DNA from: a virus
Taxonomy: Duplodnaviria; Heunggongvirae; Uroviricota; Caudoviricetes
Length of the DNA stretch: 39,628 nt
Reading direction: 5' to 3' (one strand)
Virus record (IMG/VR): IMGVR_UViG_2565956762_000004
A program made the translations under genes and the position numbers. Below the pieces are notes generated by a model. It searched no databases, was not told the origin of the DNA, and saw nothing but the letters and a program-made list of their open reading frames with translations. Shown here in pieces: positions 10,497 to 19,999 of the stretch (positions are counted from its first letter, which is position 1; every line of letters starts with the position of its first letter).

Positions 10497-11827
10497 TGTA
10501 CTGGCACCTTCAGAGGGATCACCGGCACAAAGCCGGGATGCGTAATGGCATTACGCCGGATAATGTCCGCGTCACGCGCCGCGTTATCAAACCAGGTCGC
10601 CGCCAGCACCAGCGCGGGTAAAACCTCATCCGGCGTGCGCTGAATGATCCGTGCAGACTGTTCAAGGCGCGTGTTGATATCCGCATTCAGATCTGCTTTC
10701 ACCCGGCGCAGCGCCAGAAACAGCGCATCACTGGTTGTACGGGACAACTCCTTATCAATTGCCGTATTCAGTGTGTCGCGAATGTCAGTCAGTTCTTCCC
10801 ACGTCGGCAGATCAACCGTGTTTTTCACCGCCGGTGCATTGTTCAGTGCCGGATGCGTGACGGAAGGCCAGCCGGTGCTCTGCGCAGCTGTTGTTGCCTG
10901 CCCCACTGCGGCATTCTGCATCACCGCGGAAGTTGTTGGCGCAGGCAATCGGGTGACGGCATACGCCGCTTCGCTGATTGCGGTCGTACGAAGGGTGCTG
11001 GCAACCACGTTACGCTGCTGCGTCGCCGTGGCGGTGGTTTTACTGTCCGTTTTCCAGACGCCGCGCGGTTGCAGATCGCTGCCGAGGCTGACACCGGAAA
11101 GCGTTTTGATCATGGTGACCAGGTCGCTGGCGTTACCATAAAGGCGTTTCCCGGTACGCCACATTTTCTGCACCTGCTCAACGAAATTTTTGCCTGACGA
11201 TGGCGGCGGCAGAAGTACCGAGATATCCCCCTGCAACAGCCTGGCGGCATCCGATACGGCAGAATCCACCACTTTCATCGCATCAGAAATATACCCAAGC
11301 ATTGTGCCGGCATTACCGACGACGTCGTTCTGCACAAAATCTGCCACGCCATCGATACTGAAACCACTGAAACTGTCACTGATGCAGTCATCCAGTGCAG
11401 AACAGGATGACATCAGCGTCTGCGCCGTCGCCGCACCTGATGTGGGGTAAGAGAGTTCTCCCGCTTCGACAAACTTCAGGTCAAAGCGGACAATACGCCC
11501 TTCACTTTTCGATGTGCTGACCCGAACTTCCCCGTCAACACAGACTTTCAGCTCACCATATGTCGGGTGGACAAGCGTGCCGGGACCGGGTTTATTCAGC
11601 GCTTCAATCAGGCGATCGCGCTGGTCAAAGCAGTCATCTCCCACCACATAAGCTGTGATGGACGGGCGGAAAGTGACTTTTCCCAGATCTTCGGTATAGG
11701 GTTTGTCGCGGTTCGGATATTCGTGTGTTTCCACACGACGGCCGGTTCCCGCACTTTCTTCTTCAACCTTAAACGGCACACCTCGAAATGACGCATCCTG
11801 AAGCCTGTCTTTCCACGTCATATACAC
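10493..11827 (-). CDS. DNA circulation protein (Mu N / gp43-like)
   Basis: 444 aa, N-terminus MTWKDRLQDASFRGVPFKVEEESAGTGRRVETHEYPNRDKPYTEDLG. Confidence 0.65.
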   Translation of the reverse strand: MYMTWKDRLQDASFRGVPFKVEEESAGTGRRVETHEYPNRDKPYTEDLGKVTFRPSITAYVVGDDCFDQRDRLIEALNKPGPGTLVHPTYGELKVCVDGEVRVSTSKSEGRIVRFDLKFVEAGELSYPTSGAATAQTLMSSCSALDDCISDSFSGFSIDGVADFVQNDVVGNAGTMLGYISDAMKVVDSAVSDAARLLQGDISVLLPPPSSGKNFVEQVQKMWRTGKRLYGNASDLVTMIKTLSGVSLGSDLQPRGVWKTDSKTTATATQQRNVVASTLRTTAISEAAYAVTRLPAPTTSAVMQNAAVGQATTAAQSTGWPSVTHPALNNAPAVKNTVDLPTWEELTDIRDTLNTAIDKELSRTTSDALFLALRRVKADLNADINTRLEQSARIIQRTPDEVLPALVLAATWFDNAARDADIIRRNAITHPGFVPVIPLKVPVQ

Positions 11828-11830
11828 TCC

Positions 11831-11860
11831 GAAAAAAAAGCCACCTATTAGAAGGTGGCC
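11831..11860 (-). terminator. intrinsic terminator following the tail-module moron
   Basis: 7-bp stem GCCACCT/AGGTGGC with a run of 8 T on the minus strand, 20 bp after the moron stop. Confidence 0.55.
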
Positions 11861-11879
11861 TTGTAATGAATTTTATTAA

Positions 11880-12410
11880 TTAGCGAGTCAGAAACAACGA
11901 ATCTTTATACTTTTGCTGTTGTTCATTTAAATACTTAGCTGTTTCATCGCTGGCAAATGGAAATATTACCGTATTTTTAGGCATGGTAATTTCTTTTTTG
12001 TCCAGCGTCAGAGTAAACATAGGAACATACTGAGCAGAGTAACGCACCGCAGAAATGAGCTCTAGTTTAGACTCTTCAACAACACTTAAATTATCCAGGC
12101 TAACTTTCTCTTCATCTTTTTTCTTTGACGCATTTAAAGTTTTTATTACTTTATTTAATTTCTCCTGAAAATCCTCCTTAAAGTTTTCAGGATTGCCGTC
12201 GACAACAAGAATCTGTTCACCCTGATTATCTGGAAAAATAATCTTTGCACTTATCAATTTATTTTCTTTATAAACATCACCAAGTTTTATGGCTCCTCCA
12301 GATAACTGAATAATATGTTCATCTTTAAAGGAGATGTTGCCAGAGATTATGAGAGATGAAAAAATAGCCGCTGCTCCAAGAATTACACTTGCTGTGATAT
12401 AGCCTTTCAT
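11880..12410 (-). CDS. low-GC moron: signal-anchored hypothetical protein, 176 aa
   Basis: N-terminal hydrophobic segment ITASVILGAAAIFSSLIISG without lipobox Cys; K/E-rich remainder; own terminator; placed between tape measure and DNA circulation genes. Confidence 0.6.
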   Translation of the reverse strand: MKGYITASVILGAAAIFSSLIISGNISFKDEHIIQLSGGAIKLGDVYKENKLISAKIIFPDNQGEQILVVDGNPENFKEDFQEKLNKVIKTLNASKKKDEEKVSLDNLSVVEESKLELISAVRYSAQYVPMFTLTLDKKEITMPKNTVIFPFASDETAKYLNEQQQKYKDSLFLTR

Positions 12411-12501
12411 TTTTCGCCTATTAACATTTTTCTAAATGTGCATTAATTCTATCACTCTATTTATGACTTACAACCAGCAATACCTGTGAGGGGAATCCTG
12501 G

Positions 12502-14334
12502 CTACCAAAATCGGGTATAGCCAACATCGTGATTTATATCAATGCCACTGGAGCGTGTTTCCGTAACCCGCATACCTGATGGCATATTTATAAATGATAC
12601 CTTGATCTCACCATCAACTTTTGGCGCGGTAGCTTTATTAATCATGAAGGGATTCGGGCCTGTGGCACCGGAGGCGTTGTTTGCCTGAGCCGGATCCACC
12701 TCCGGATAAGGAGTGTATCCCCGTGGCGGTATTCCCGTCCCATAAGCATCATAAGCACCCGCGCCCCACTGCGCCGAGTTAATGGCATCGACCGTGTCAC
12801 CGGAACTGTCGGTAAACCACTCAATAATTGGCTTCAGCTTGTCCCACATATCCTGAAACCACTTAACAACCGGTCCCCAGTTATTGATCACCATTCCCAG
12901 CGGCGACCAGGCAAAAACTTTCTTCAGAAGTTCCCAGCCAGCCTCAAAATAAGGACCAATGGTTTCCCAGAGCTTCTTAAAATAAGGTCCGACAACATCC
13001 CAGTTAGTGATAATTAATCCCGCAGCCAGAGCAATCGCCGTCGCAATCATGCCAATCGGCGTCATCGACATAATCCTGCTGACAATACTGATGGCACTGC
13101 CCACGCCCATCAATCCCAGTTTCAGAATCGCAAGACCGGCAGCAAGCCCGACGACGCTGCGAATAACCCGGGGATTTTCATCCGCAAACTTCGTGAATTT
13201 TTCCCCTAACTCCCCCAGCCATTGCGTGATATTTTTGGCGTCACCAGAAAATGCGCCGCCAATAGCCGCAAGGCCGTTAGTTGCGGTCCCCGTCATTGCC
13301 TCCCACAGGTTGGACAGCGTACCAAGCTGGGCCTGAACACGTTTATTCAGGCTAGCCTGTTTATTCATCTTCTGCTGGATCTGATCGTAACCATCCTTTC
13401 CTTTATCGATCAGAGCATTGACCACCTGAAGGGTTTCGGCATCATCACCAAATATTGCCTTAAGTACACCTGTTCGCTTAACGTCGGTCAGTTTTCGCAG
13501 CTTTGCCAGTTGCTTAAACATGTTATCAAGACCGCCAAAACTCCCTTTGCCGTCAGTAAAATCGAGCTGCACTCCGAGTTTCTGGCGGGCCATGACTTTA
13601 TTGACGTCCCTGATTTTCTTAACGCTTAATCCGGACTGGATAACTTTTCGCAGGGCATTACCTGCCGACTCCCCGTTCATCCCCATCTGATCCATCATGA
13701 CGCTGATAGGGGCAAGGCTCTGTGCAGCCTGAAGACCGTCCTTATTCACCATTTTCAGAACAGAACTGGTTTTAGTGAAGAAGGACAACATGTTGGTATC
13801 ATCAACGCCCAGATAAAACGCCTTCTGGATAGTGTCGAACAGCCCCATCATGTCTTCTGACGCCGTTCCGGTAGCATCCTGCATCTTTGCAGCAAACTCA
13901 GCAGCCGCTTCCGGTGTTTTTTTCAGTTGTACCGCAAGATAAGCTGTCGCTTTACCCACACCACCAAGAATGTTTTCTGCCGGGATCCCCTGACGCACCA
14001 GCATCTGCATCATGTTCTGGAAATCAGCCGTTGTACCGGGTAGCTGGTTACCCAGACCAATAGCCAGTTTATTGATGTCCTGAAAGCGCTTTCCGACCTC
14101 ACCGTTCGCATCCATCATGGCAACTTTCAGCCCGGTGGCGGCGTTTTCCTGATCGGCATAAGATTTCAGGGAAAGCGTCAGACCCGCAGCCAGTCCGCCA
14201 CCAAGCGCCAGCCCACCCTGTGACGCTTCTTCCGCCTGGCGTTTAAATCCCCGGATTTTCTTTTGCATTTTCGACAGCGCGGGAGAAAGCCTGTCGACAC
14301 CGGTGATCAACGCCTTAAGCTCAAATTCCGCCAT
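12502..14334 (-). CDS. tail tape measure protein
   Basis: 610 aa, Ala/Gly-rich helical protein with hydrophobic central segments, downstream of chaperone genes. Confidence 0.75.
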   Translation of the reverse strand: MAEFELKALITGVDRLSPALSKMQKKIRGFKRQAEEASQGGLALGGGLAAGLTLSLKSYADQENAATGLKVAMMDANGEVGKRFQDINKLAIGLGNQLPGTTADFQNMMQMLVRQGIPAENILGGVGKATAYLAVQLKKTPEAAAEFAAKMQDATGTASEDMMGLFDTIQKAFYLGVDDTNMLSFFTKTSSVLKMVNKDGLQAAQSLAPISVMMDQMGMNGESAGNALRKVIQSGLSVKKIRDVNKVMARQKLGVQLDFTDGKGSFGGLDNMFKQLAKLRKLTDVKRTGVLKAIFGDDAETLQVVNALIDKGKDGYDQIQQKMNKQASLNKRVQAQLGTLSNLWEAMTGTATNGLAAIGGAFSGDAKNITQWLGELGEKFTKFADENPRVIRSVVGLAAGLAILKLGLMGVGSAISIVSRIMSMTPIGMIATAIALAAGLIITNWDVVGPYFKKLWETIGPYFEAGWELLKKVFAWSPLGMVINNWGPVVKWFQDMWDKLKPIIEWFTDSSGDTVDAINSAQWGAGAYDAYGTGIPPRGYTPYPEVDPAQANNASGATGPNPFMINKATAPKVDGEIKVSFINMPSGMRVTETRSSGIDINHDVGYTRFW

Positions 14335-14509
14335 GTGTGCGTTTCTCCTGCTCTATCCTGTTTGCCTGACTGACCAGCAAGGGAATTTCACTGATCGGCA
14401 TATTCAGCAATTCGAAAGGATTAATGCGCCAGTAGCTGGCGCAGTCAAAGAAGCGATCAGTGAGGTATTCAGCCGTCAAGCCTGGAGGAAAAAACCAGCC
14501 ACAAGCCAC
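14321..14509 (-). other. -1 frame extension ORF of the tail assembly chaperone (GT-like frameshift product)
   Basis: ORF in the -1 frame overlaps the last 34 nt of the chaperone gene and runs to the tape measure start. Confidence 0.45.
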
Positions 14510-14745
14510 GCCGCTGCATTCAGGTCTGCCGGAGACATCTGGTCGACAGAGCTTTGCGGCACTTTCGCCAGCCGCACAATGTATTTCGACACCACATGCG
14601 CCAGAAGTCTGACTGACTCATCCTGATTCATCTGGTAGGGATACCCCAGCTCGCGGACATCCTTCCCGGTGGGTTCATCAAACTCCAGTACGGAGAGTGT
14701 CTCGCCATGAGCAGTAATCGGTTTCTTTAACTCAAGCTCTTTCAT
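14476..14745 (-). CDS. tail assembly chaperone
   Basis: 89 aa between tube and tape measure genes; slippery heptamer T TTT TTC (14488-14494, minus strand) near its 3' end. Confidence 0.55.
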   Translation of the reverse strand: MKELELKKPITAHGETLSVLEFDEPTGKDVRELGYPYQMNQDESVRLLAHVVSKYIVRLAKVPQSSVDQMSPADLNAAAWLVAGFFLQA

Positions 14746-15101
14746 TACTGGTAATCCCCTTCTTCACCGTGGAACTCAAGATCAACCGTGCCTTCTTCGG
14801 CATTATGGTTCGCTTCGCCGTGCAGCCAGGCAGACGACAGTACATAGACCTGACCGTTCGCCAGCTCGGCAGTGATGGTCATCTCATCAGACGAGGTGAT
14901 TTTGCTTACCGGAAAATTCTTCGGCACCTTGAAGGTCCCTTTGACATAAGGCGCACGGTGAGTTTCCTTGCGGTCCACTGAACCGTCCAGGCCGATGATG
15001 TCATCGTTAACCGTTTTGTTCATGGGCACCTCAATGCCGCCGGTCAGCGATAGCTGCTGACCGTCAATTTTGAAATAACAGGTTCCCCCGATACGGGCCA
15101 T
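14745..15101 (-). CDS. tail tube protein (Mu gpM-like)
   Basis: 118 aa immediately downstream of the sheath gene. Confidence 0.7.
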   Translation of the reverse strand: MARIGGTCYFKIDGQQLSLTGGIEVPMNKTVNDDIIGLDGSVDRKETHRAPYVKGTFKVPKNFPVSKITSSDEMTITAELANGQVYVLSSAWLHGEANHNAEEGTVDLEFHGEEGDYQ

Positions 15102-16597
15102 TATGCAGACTCCTCTGAATACTGAAGACGGAACTGATTAACCACGGCAAAGACACGCAGCTGGTTAACATAGTCAGGCGGGAACAGCGTGTTCAGGCGG
15201 TTCGGATCGCTGGCATCACGCTCCACAACCAGGTACTGCTTAAACAGTTCGTAGTTTTCCACGATCCCCGCACGCTCAAGCTGACGGTAGGTTGCCAACA
15301 GTTCCCCTTTGATCACCGCCGGGGTGACAATCGCCTGACCGGGACCAAAGCGGGTACCGTCGCTGGCAAGCTTGTGACGCCCGTACTTACTGGTAATGAC
15401 GGATTTCAGTTTGCGCAGTACATACGCACTGGTATGCAGCGTCTCGCTGTCGAGGTAGCTGTTATCCGCAACCCCGTAAGCGTTTTTCCTGTACGTGGTG
15501 ACATCACGCTGAATGCGCAGTACCCCGCTTTCGACATACGCCGTTGCCACGCCATGAGACAGCAGGGTCTGTTGTTCGGTCATCGTGAACCGTTTCCCCT
15601 TCGGCGCAGGCAGCATACCCACCAGCTCACCGGTCTGCGTGGGACGTGCCGGATCGTTGCGGATAAACACCGCTGCGCGGGCGGTACGGCTTGCCGCCAG
15701 CTCGTCGGCAGGCGTCTGGGTGTCTTTTTCGTACCCCGCCAGGGTAATGTGCTGCTGGTTAAACTGGTCACCTGCGGTCACCAGTTCTGACAGCGTGCCG
15801 ATCTTTGCCGTATACACATGACCATACAGCTGACGCGCATAGCTCCAGCGACCGCTGGTATCGTTCATCTCGGTCACCAGCGTGTTAACGGAGGCCGTGT
15901 CGTTGAACGGCAGGCCGATATAATCAAACGGCTCATCCGCCATTGCAGCCACCGCGCCGGTGAGAACCGGAGCACCCGTTCCGGCGGTACCCGTCGCCAC
16001 GGCAATCTGTACGCCCGCTGGCAGCACTTCGCTCCCACCAAAGCCGTAGTAATTGAGGCTGACAGGAATTTCATTCCCGCAAAGCCCCTTATGACGCGCG
16101 GTCAGTGTGACCACGCCTGCCGAAGATGAAGCCGTAAACGGCAGGGTCGGAACGGCATTGATGGCATCCTGGATACTGCTGGCAATCATCGTGACGTTAT
16201 CGCCGTTAGTCACCGGTGCCTGCACGCGGGTACGTCCCACATACACATTCACCGTGCCGGTTTCGGTTGCCGCCCCGGTCACCGTCAGCGTAACCGTTGC
16301 CGCCGCGCCTGTGGATTCAGGAACGGCAATCACATACAGCTCGCCAAACGGGTCAGTCTGGCGATAAGCCTCGACCATACGCGCCAGCTGACTTCCCGCA
16401 CCACAAATCTGGCGTGCATAGTCTGCCGACGGCATCAGTACCAGACTGTTGGCAACAATCTCTGCACCGTTATTGGCATGACCAATCAGCAGCGATGCTC
16501 CGCTGTCCTGTGCAGTATTCGCCGCCTGGTTATCCATTTCCGCATAAAACAACGGAACCAGCGTATTCGACGGAATGGTGTTAAAGCTTATCGTCAT
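15101..16597 (-). CDS. tail sheath protein (Mu gpL-like)
   Basis: 498 aa, N-terminus MTISFNTIPSNTLVPLFYAEMDN typical of contractile sheath proteins. Confidence 0.8.
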   Translation of the reverse strand: MTISFNTIPSNTLVPLFYAEMDNQAANTAQDSGASLLIGHANNGAEIVANSLVLMPSADYARQICGAGSQLARMVEAYRQTDPFGELYVIAVPESTGAAATVTLTVTGAATETGTVNVYVGRTRVQAPVTNGDNVTMIASSIQDAINAVPTLPFTASSSAGVVTLTARHKGLCGNEIPVSLNYYGFGGSEVLPAGVQIAVATGTAGTGAPVLTGAVAAMADEPFDYIGLPFNDTASVNTLVTEMNDTSGRWSYARQLYGHVYTAKIGTLSELVTAGDQFNQQHITLAGYEKDTQTPADELAASRTARAAVFIRNDPARPTQTGELVGMLPAPKGKRFTMTEQQTLLSHGVATAYVESGVLRIQRDVTTYRKNAYGVADNSYLDSETLHTSAYVLRKLKSVITSKYGRHKLASDGTRFGPGQAIVTPAVIKGELLATYRQLERAGIVENYELFKQYLVVERDASDPNRLNTLFPPDYVNQLRVFAVVNQFRLQYSEESA

Positions 16598-16751
16598 CGG
16601 TATTCACCTTTTTATTCACGCGCCGGATATCACCCGCTGCTTCACGGCGCAGCCAGTAGTTGTTCTCGTCAACATTTCGCCCTTCGGCGGGCAAAAGGTC
16701 GCCGCGGGCAGGATCAGGAACTGACCGCCCTTTAACAGGTTTGACAAACAT
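16581..16751 (-). CDS. small protein (56 aa), DUF2635-like
   Basis: Hand-translated: MFVKPVKGRSVPDPARGDLLPAEGRNVDENNYWLRREAAGDIRRVNKKVNTDDKL; overlaps the sheath start. Below the ORF-track length cutoff. Confidence 0.35.
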   Translation of the reverse strand: MFVKPVKGRSVPDPARGDLLPAEGRNVDENNYWLRREAAGDIRRVNKKVNTDDDKL

Positions 16752-16759
16752 GAGGATCC

Positions 16760-17320
16760 TCAGGAAGGAAGGGTTATTTCGGTGTGATGTTCGATATCGC
16801 CGTCAGGCCCGTTACCGGGCTCGAGATAATCAACATCAATCGCCAGCGTTTGCAGTTCATCCAGACTGTTCAGATCATCCTGCTGGCGGGTATCGTCTTC
16901 AGTCAGCTCGCTGATGACCGAAAAATCGAACTGATAAATCAGCTCATGACGATTCAGATCCAGCAGCGTGCCACCGTCATAGGTAATCGGGTTACCGCAC
17001 GCCTCCGGGTTCCAGCCCAGCAGAGCCTTAAAGAGCATCTGCCGGACATCGTCCACCACATCATACGAGGCAAACTGACCGCGCTCATCACGCCCGTTAC
17101 TCAGTATGACAACCACGGAGAAACCCTCTTTCAGCTCCTGCCAGTAGTCGGTCTGGCTTTTGTTTTCTCCCGGAGAATCATCACCCGGTACAACATATGC
17201 CGCCGGGAGTTTCAGCTTTCCGACCTCCGGCAGATTTTTGAACTGGGCCGCGCCTGCAACCCGGTTTTCAAAATACGGACAGCGGGCACGCAGTGCAGCA
17301 ATAACAGGCGTCAGTTTCAT
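16760..17320 (-). CDS. Mu gp36/gp37-like virion protein
   Basis: 186 aa, acidic, in conserved position upstream of the sheath gene. Confidence 0.45.
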   Translation of the reverse strand: MKLTPVIAALRARCPYFENRVAGAAQFKNLPEVGKLKLPAAYVVPGDDSPGENKSQTDYWQELKEGFSVVVILSNGRDERGQFASYDVVDDVRQMLFKALLGWNPEACGNPITYDGGTLLDLNRHELIYQFDFSVISELTEDDTRQQDDLNSLDELQTLAIDVDYLEPGNGPDGDIEHHTEITLPS

Positions 17321-17823
17321 CTGTGTCGTCGCTCCGGCTTCAGTGATTTACGCAATTCCCGCGCCAGAAAATAGCGTGTCCAACTGCGGTTCTTTTCAAG
17401 CGTTTCCACCATGAAGTTATTACGTGGAGCCAGTCGCCAGCCGCTGCCACCGGATGCACCACGATGATGGCTGCGACGACGCTTTGCCCCTCGCCTCACG
17501 CCATAGAACAAAAAAGCTGGATAAAAATCACCGGTGATACGGCGGTTTCCCTCTCCATTACGCTGGTTAGGGGCTATACGTGCCATAAAACCAGGGCGAT
17601 GTTTACTGGCTCTGGGTACCATGTAACCAATCGAACGAGCCAGGCGTCCGGTCTGATAACCGGGGTTTTCACCCGGTGCCGACCGCGCACGGCGCATCAC
17701 CAGCCGACGGGCATCACGCATATGACGCTGACCAATCGTGACAAAAGCCCGCCGGACACGGGCGCGGTTAAAGCGCATCTCCGCGGGCTGCTGAAAATCA
17801 ACGTGCAAAAAGGAAGTCGCCAT
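17317..17823 (-). CDS. HK97 gp10-like virion morphogenesis protein (start moved to MATSFLHV)
   Basis: Arg-rich basic protein between head-tail joining and tail genes; the N-terminal extension in the ORF track overlaps the upstream gene. Confidence 0.45.
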   Translation of the reverse strand: MATSFLHVDFQQPAEMRFNRARVRRAFVTIGQRHMRDARRLVMRRARSAPGENPGYQTGRLARSIGYMVPRASKHRPGFMARIAPNQRNGEGNRRITGDFYPAFLFYGVRRGAKRRRSHHRGASGGSGWRLAPRNNFMVETLEKNRSWTRYFLARELRKSLKPERRHR

Positions 17824-18208
17824 TGTTGCCTCCGTGACTCTGCCTACATTCGCCCAGCTCCGTACACTCCAGCAGCAGAAAACGCCGCGCCCCATTCAGA
17901 TCGCGCTGACGTTTCACCCGGTACACACTGTCACCGCAGACCACCTCATAATCAGCGGTGATCCCCCGGCGGTAACGAATGGTGATGTAATGAGTGATGG
18001 CATCTCCGGTCTGCGCGGTTTCCTGCCAGGTGGTGGCACTGGTCTGGACAACCTTCGCCCATGTCCGGAACGTAACCGGGTATTGAGGCTCCACGCCAAA
18101 GTTATCCGCGGGCATATCCACCCGCTGGCGGATCAGGACGCGTTTATTCAGTTCACCGGGGTCCGGCAGAATGTAGGTTGCGCTGGTCTGCGCCTGACGA
18201 ATTTTCAT
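17798..18208 (-). CDS. head-tail adaptor / head closure protein
   Basis: 136 aa in conserved head-tail joining position. Confidence 0.6.
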   Translation of the reverse strand: MKIRQAQTSATYILPDPGELNKRVLIRQRVDMPADNFGVEPQYPVTFRTWAKVVQTSATTWQETAQTGDAITHYITIRYRRGITADYEVVCGDSVYRVKRQRDLNGARRFLLLECTELGECRQSHGGNNGDFLFAR

Positions 18209-18528
18209 TGCGGAAAGTACCTGTACGGGCCGACAAGCCAGCCAAAACTCTGCGGCATGTCGAGTTTCTCCACTTCCGTAACCGACGAGCGGTTTTCGTA
18301 AAAATGGCTGATAAGCATCAGCATCCCCAGACGAATATCATCCGGCAGGTGCAGCCCGTCCGGATCGCTGTCCGGAATGGTTTCATCCGGTGCATAGAGC
18401 TTCCGGTTCAGATACGTTTCCGTCCGCTTTTGCGCCGCACAGGCCAGCAGTTGCAGATGGCGGTCATCAGCATCGAAATCCTCATCCAGCCGGAGTTGGG
18501 CTTTAATCTCTTCCATTGTCAGAAGCAT
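18205..18528 (-). CDS. gp6-like head-tail connector protein
   Basis: 107 aa, N-terminus MLLTMEEIKAQLRLDEDFDADD typical of the family. Confidence 0.6.
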   Translation of the reverse strand: MLLTMEEIKAQLRLDEDFDADDRHLQLLACAAQKRTETYLNRKLYAPDETIPDSDPDGLHLPDDIRLGMLMLISHFYENRSSVTEVEKLDMPQSFGWLVGPYRYFPQ

Positions 18529-18530
18529 AC

Positions 18531-18731
18531 TCAGCCCTCTTTACTGGTCGTGGCTTTTTTCTCTTTTGTCGCTTTACTGCTTTTTGCACTGGTTCCGCGC
18601 TCTGCTAACCCGGCCTGAAGTGCAATCTCCTGCACCTGGGCAGGAAGCGCCCCGTCGTCATACTCACCGGCCCGAATGACCTCAACACGCATACCGTCCG
18701 GTGACCATTTCAGATCTTGTTTCAGGATCAT
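18531..18731 (-). CDS. small head-associated hypothetical protein
   Basis: 66 aa with Lys/Thr-rich tail, directly after the capsid gene. Confidence 0.35.
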   Translation of the reverse strand: MILKQDLKWSPDGMRVEVIRAGEYDDGALPAQVQEIALQAGLAERGTSAKSSKATKEKKATTSKEG

Positions 18732-18779
18732 GATTCTTCACCCGTCAGAACAGGGGCGCGGTTCCGCGCCCCTGAGTGA

Positions 18780-19985
18780 TTACGCCACTGCAATCTTCAG
18801 CAGTTTGATGGCCTGCGAATCGACCAGCATGCCGCCGGTGCGTTTGGTGGTATAAAAACCGACAAACGGTTTATTGGTGTACGGGTCACGCAGAATGCGG
18901 GTGCCGATACGGTCAACGATGGTGTAACCCCGTTTGAAGTTACCAAATGCAATGGCTTTCGCATCAGCGGCGATATCCGGCATCTGTTCGTTTTCAGCGA
19001 TACCGTAACCCGCCAGAGAGGACGGCTGCCCCAGCTCCAGCCCCGGACGCCACAGATAGTTACCCTCGCTGTCTTTCAGCAGACGGATGGCAAACAGGCT
19101 GTTGTTGTTCATCATGAACTTCGCACCGGTGCGGTGTGCCTTACGCAGTGTGTAAATAAGTTTGATAATGGCGTCTGCGGTCACCGCAGTCGCTTCGCCG
19201 GATACAATATGCTGAAGTTTGCCGAACGCCCGGACCTTATCGGTTTCATCAGTGGATTCATACGCCAGGAACCCTTTCGGCTTCTTGGTGCCATCGCCTG
19301 AGGTAAAGGCAATTTCTTCCTGTTCGGCAAATTCGGTTGCCAGCTCGCTGTTGATCCAGGCCTCCACGTTGAAGAAGGCATCGTCCAGCATTTTCTGGGT
19401 GGCCTGCGGGTTGCCGTAGATTTCCCCCATGAGAGGTTCAATCAGCTCCAGTTTGGAGGTGGCAGTCTGGGATCGCGTATCCGTTTCCCCCACCCATCCG
19501 GAAGCCGTGCCGCCCAGATTCACCAGTTTTTTGTAGTCGGAACCGCCAACGGTGATCACCGTGGCTTCCTAGCGCATCACCACTTCATCTTTCAGCAGGG
19601 TGAGAATGTTGCGATCCAGCGCTTCCGGCACGGCATAGCCACCGTCTTCATCGGTGCCCACCTGCAATGCCTTACGCTCCAGATCGCGCAGACCATCTTC
19701 ACGGCCTTTACGCAGGAAGCCCACAAACGCTTCTTTATGCTCGGTGGCCAGTTTATTTTGCGCACCACCTGCCGGACGTTTCAGCTCAAGCAGCTCTTTT
19801 TCAAGATCGCTTTTGAGGTTTTCCAGCTCGCTGAGTTTCCCGTTCAGGGTTTCCACCTGCCCGGCAAGTTTGCCTTTTTCCTGCTCAATCGCATCCACGC
19901 GCTTGTCGTTCTTTGCTTTGAAGTCGTCAAACTTCTGCTGCAGCTCCTGCGCGACCTGTTCGACATCTTTAATATCTACCGCCAT
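18780..19985 (-). pseudogene. HK97-family major capsid protein gene interrupted by an in-frame TAG (19569-19571)
   Basis: Upstream ORF (coiled-coil delta domain) and downstream ORF (capsid body) share one frame; read-through gives ...DEVVMR*EATVITVGG... Confidence 0.7.
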
Positions 19986-19999
19986 CGTATTTCTCCTGA

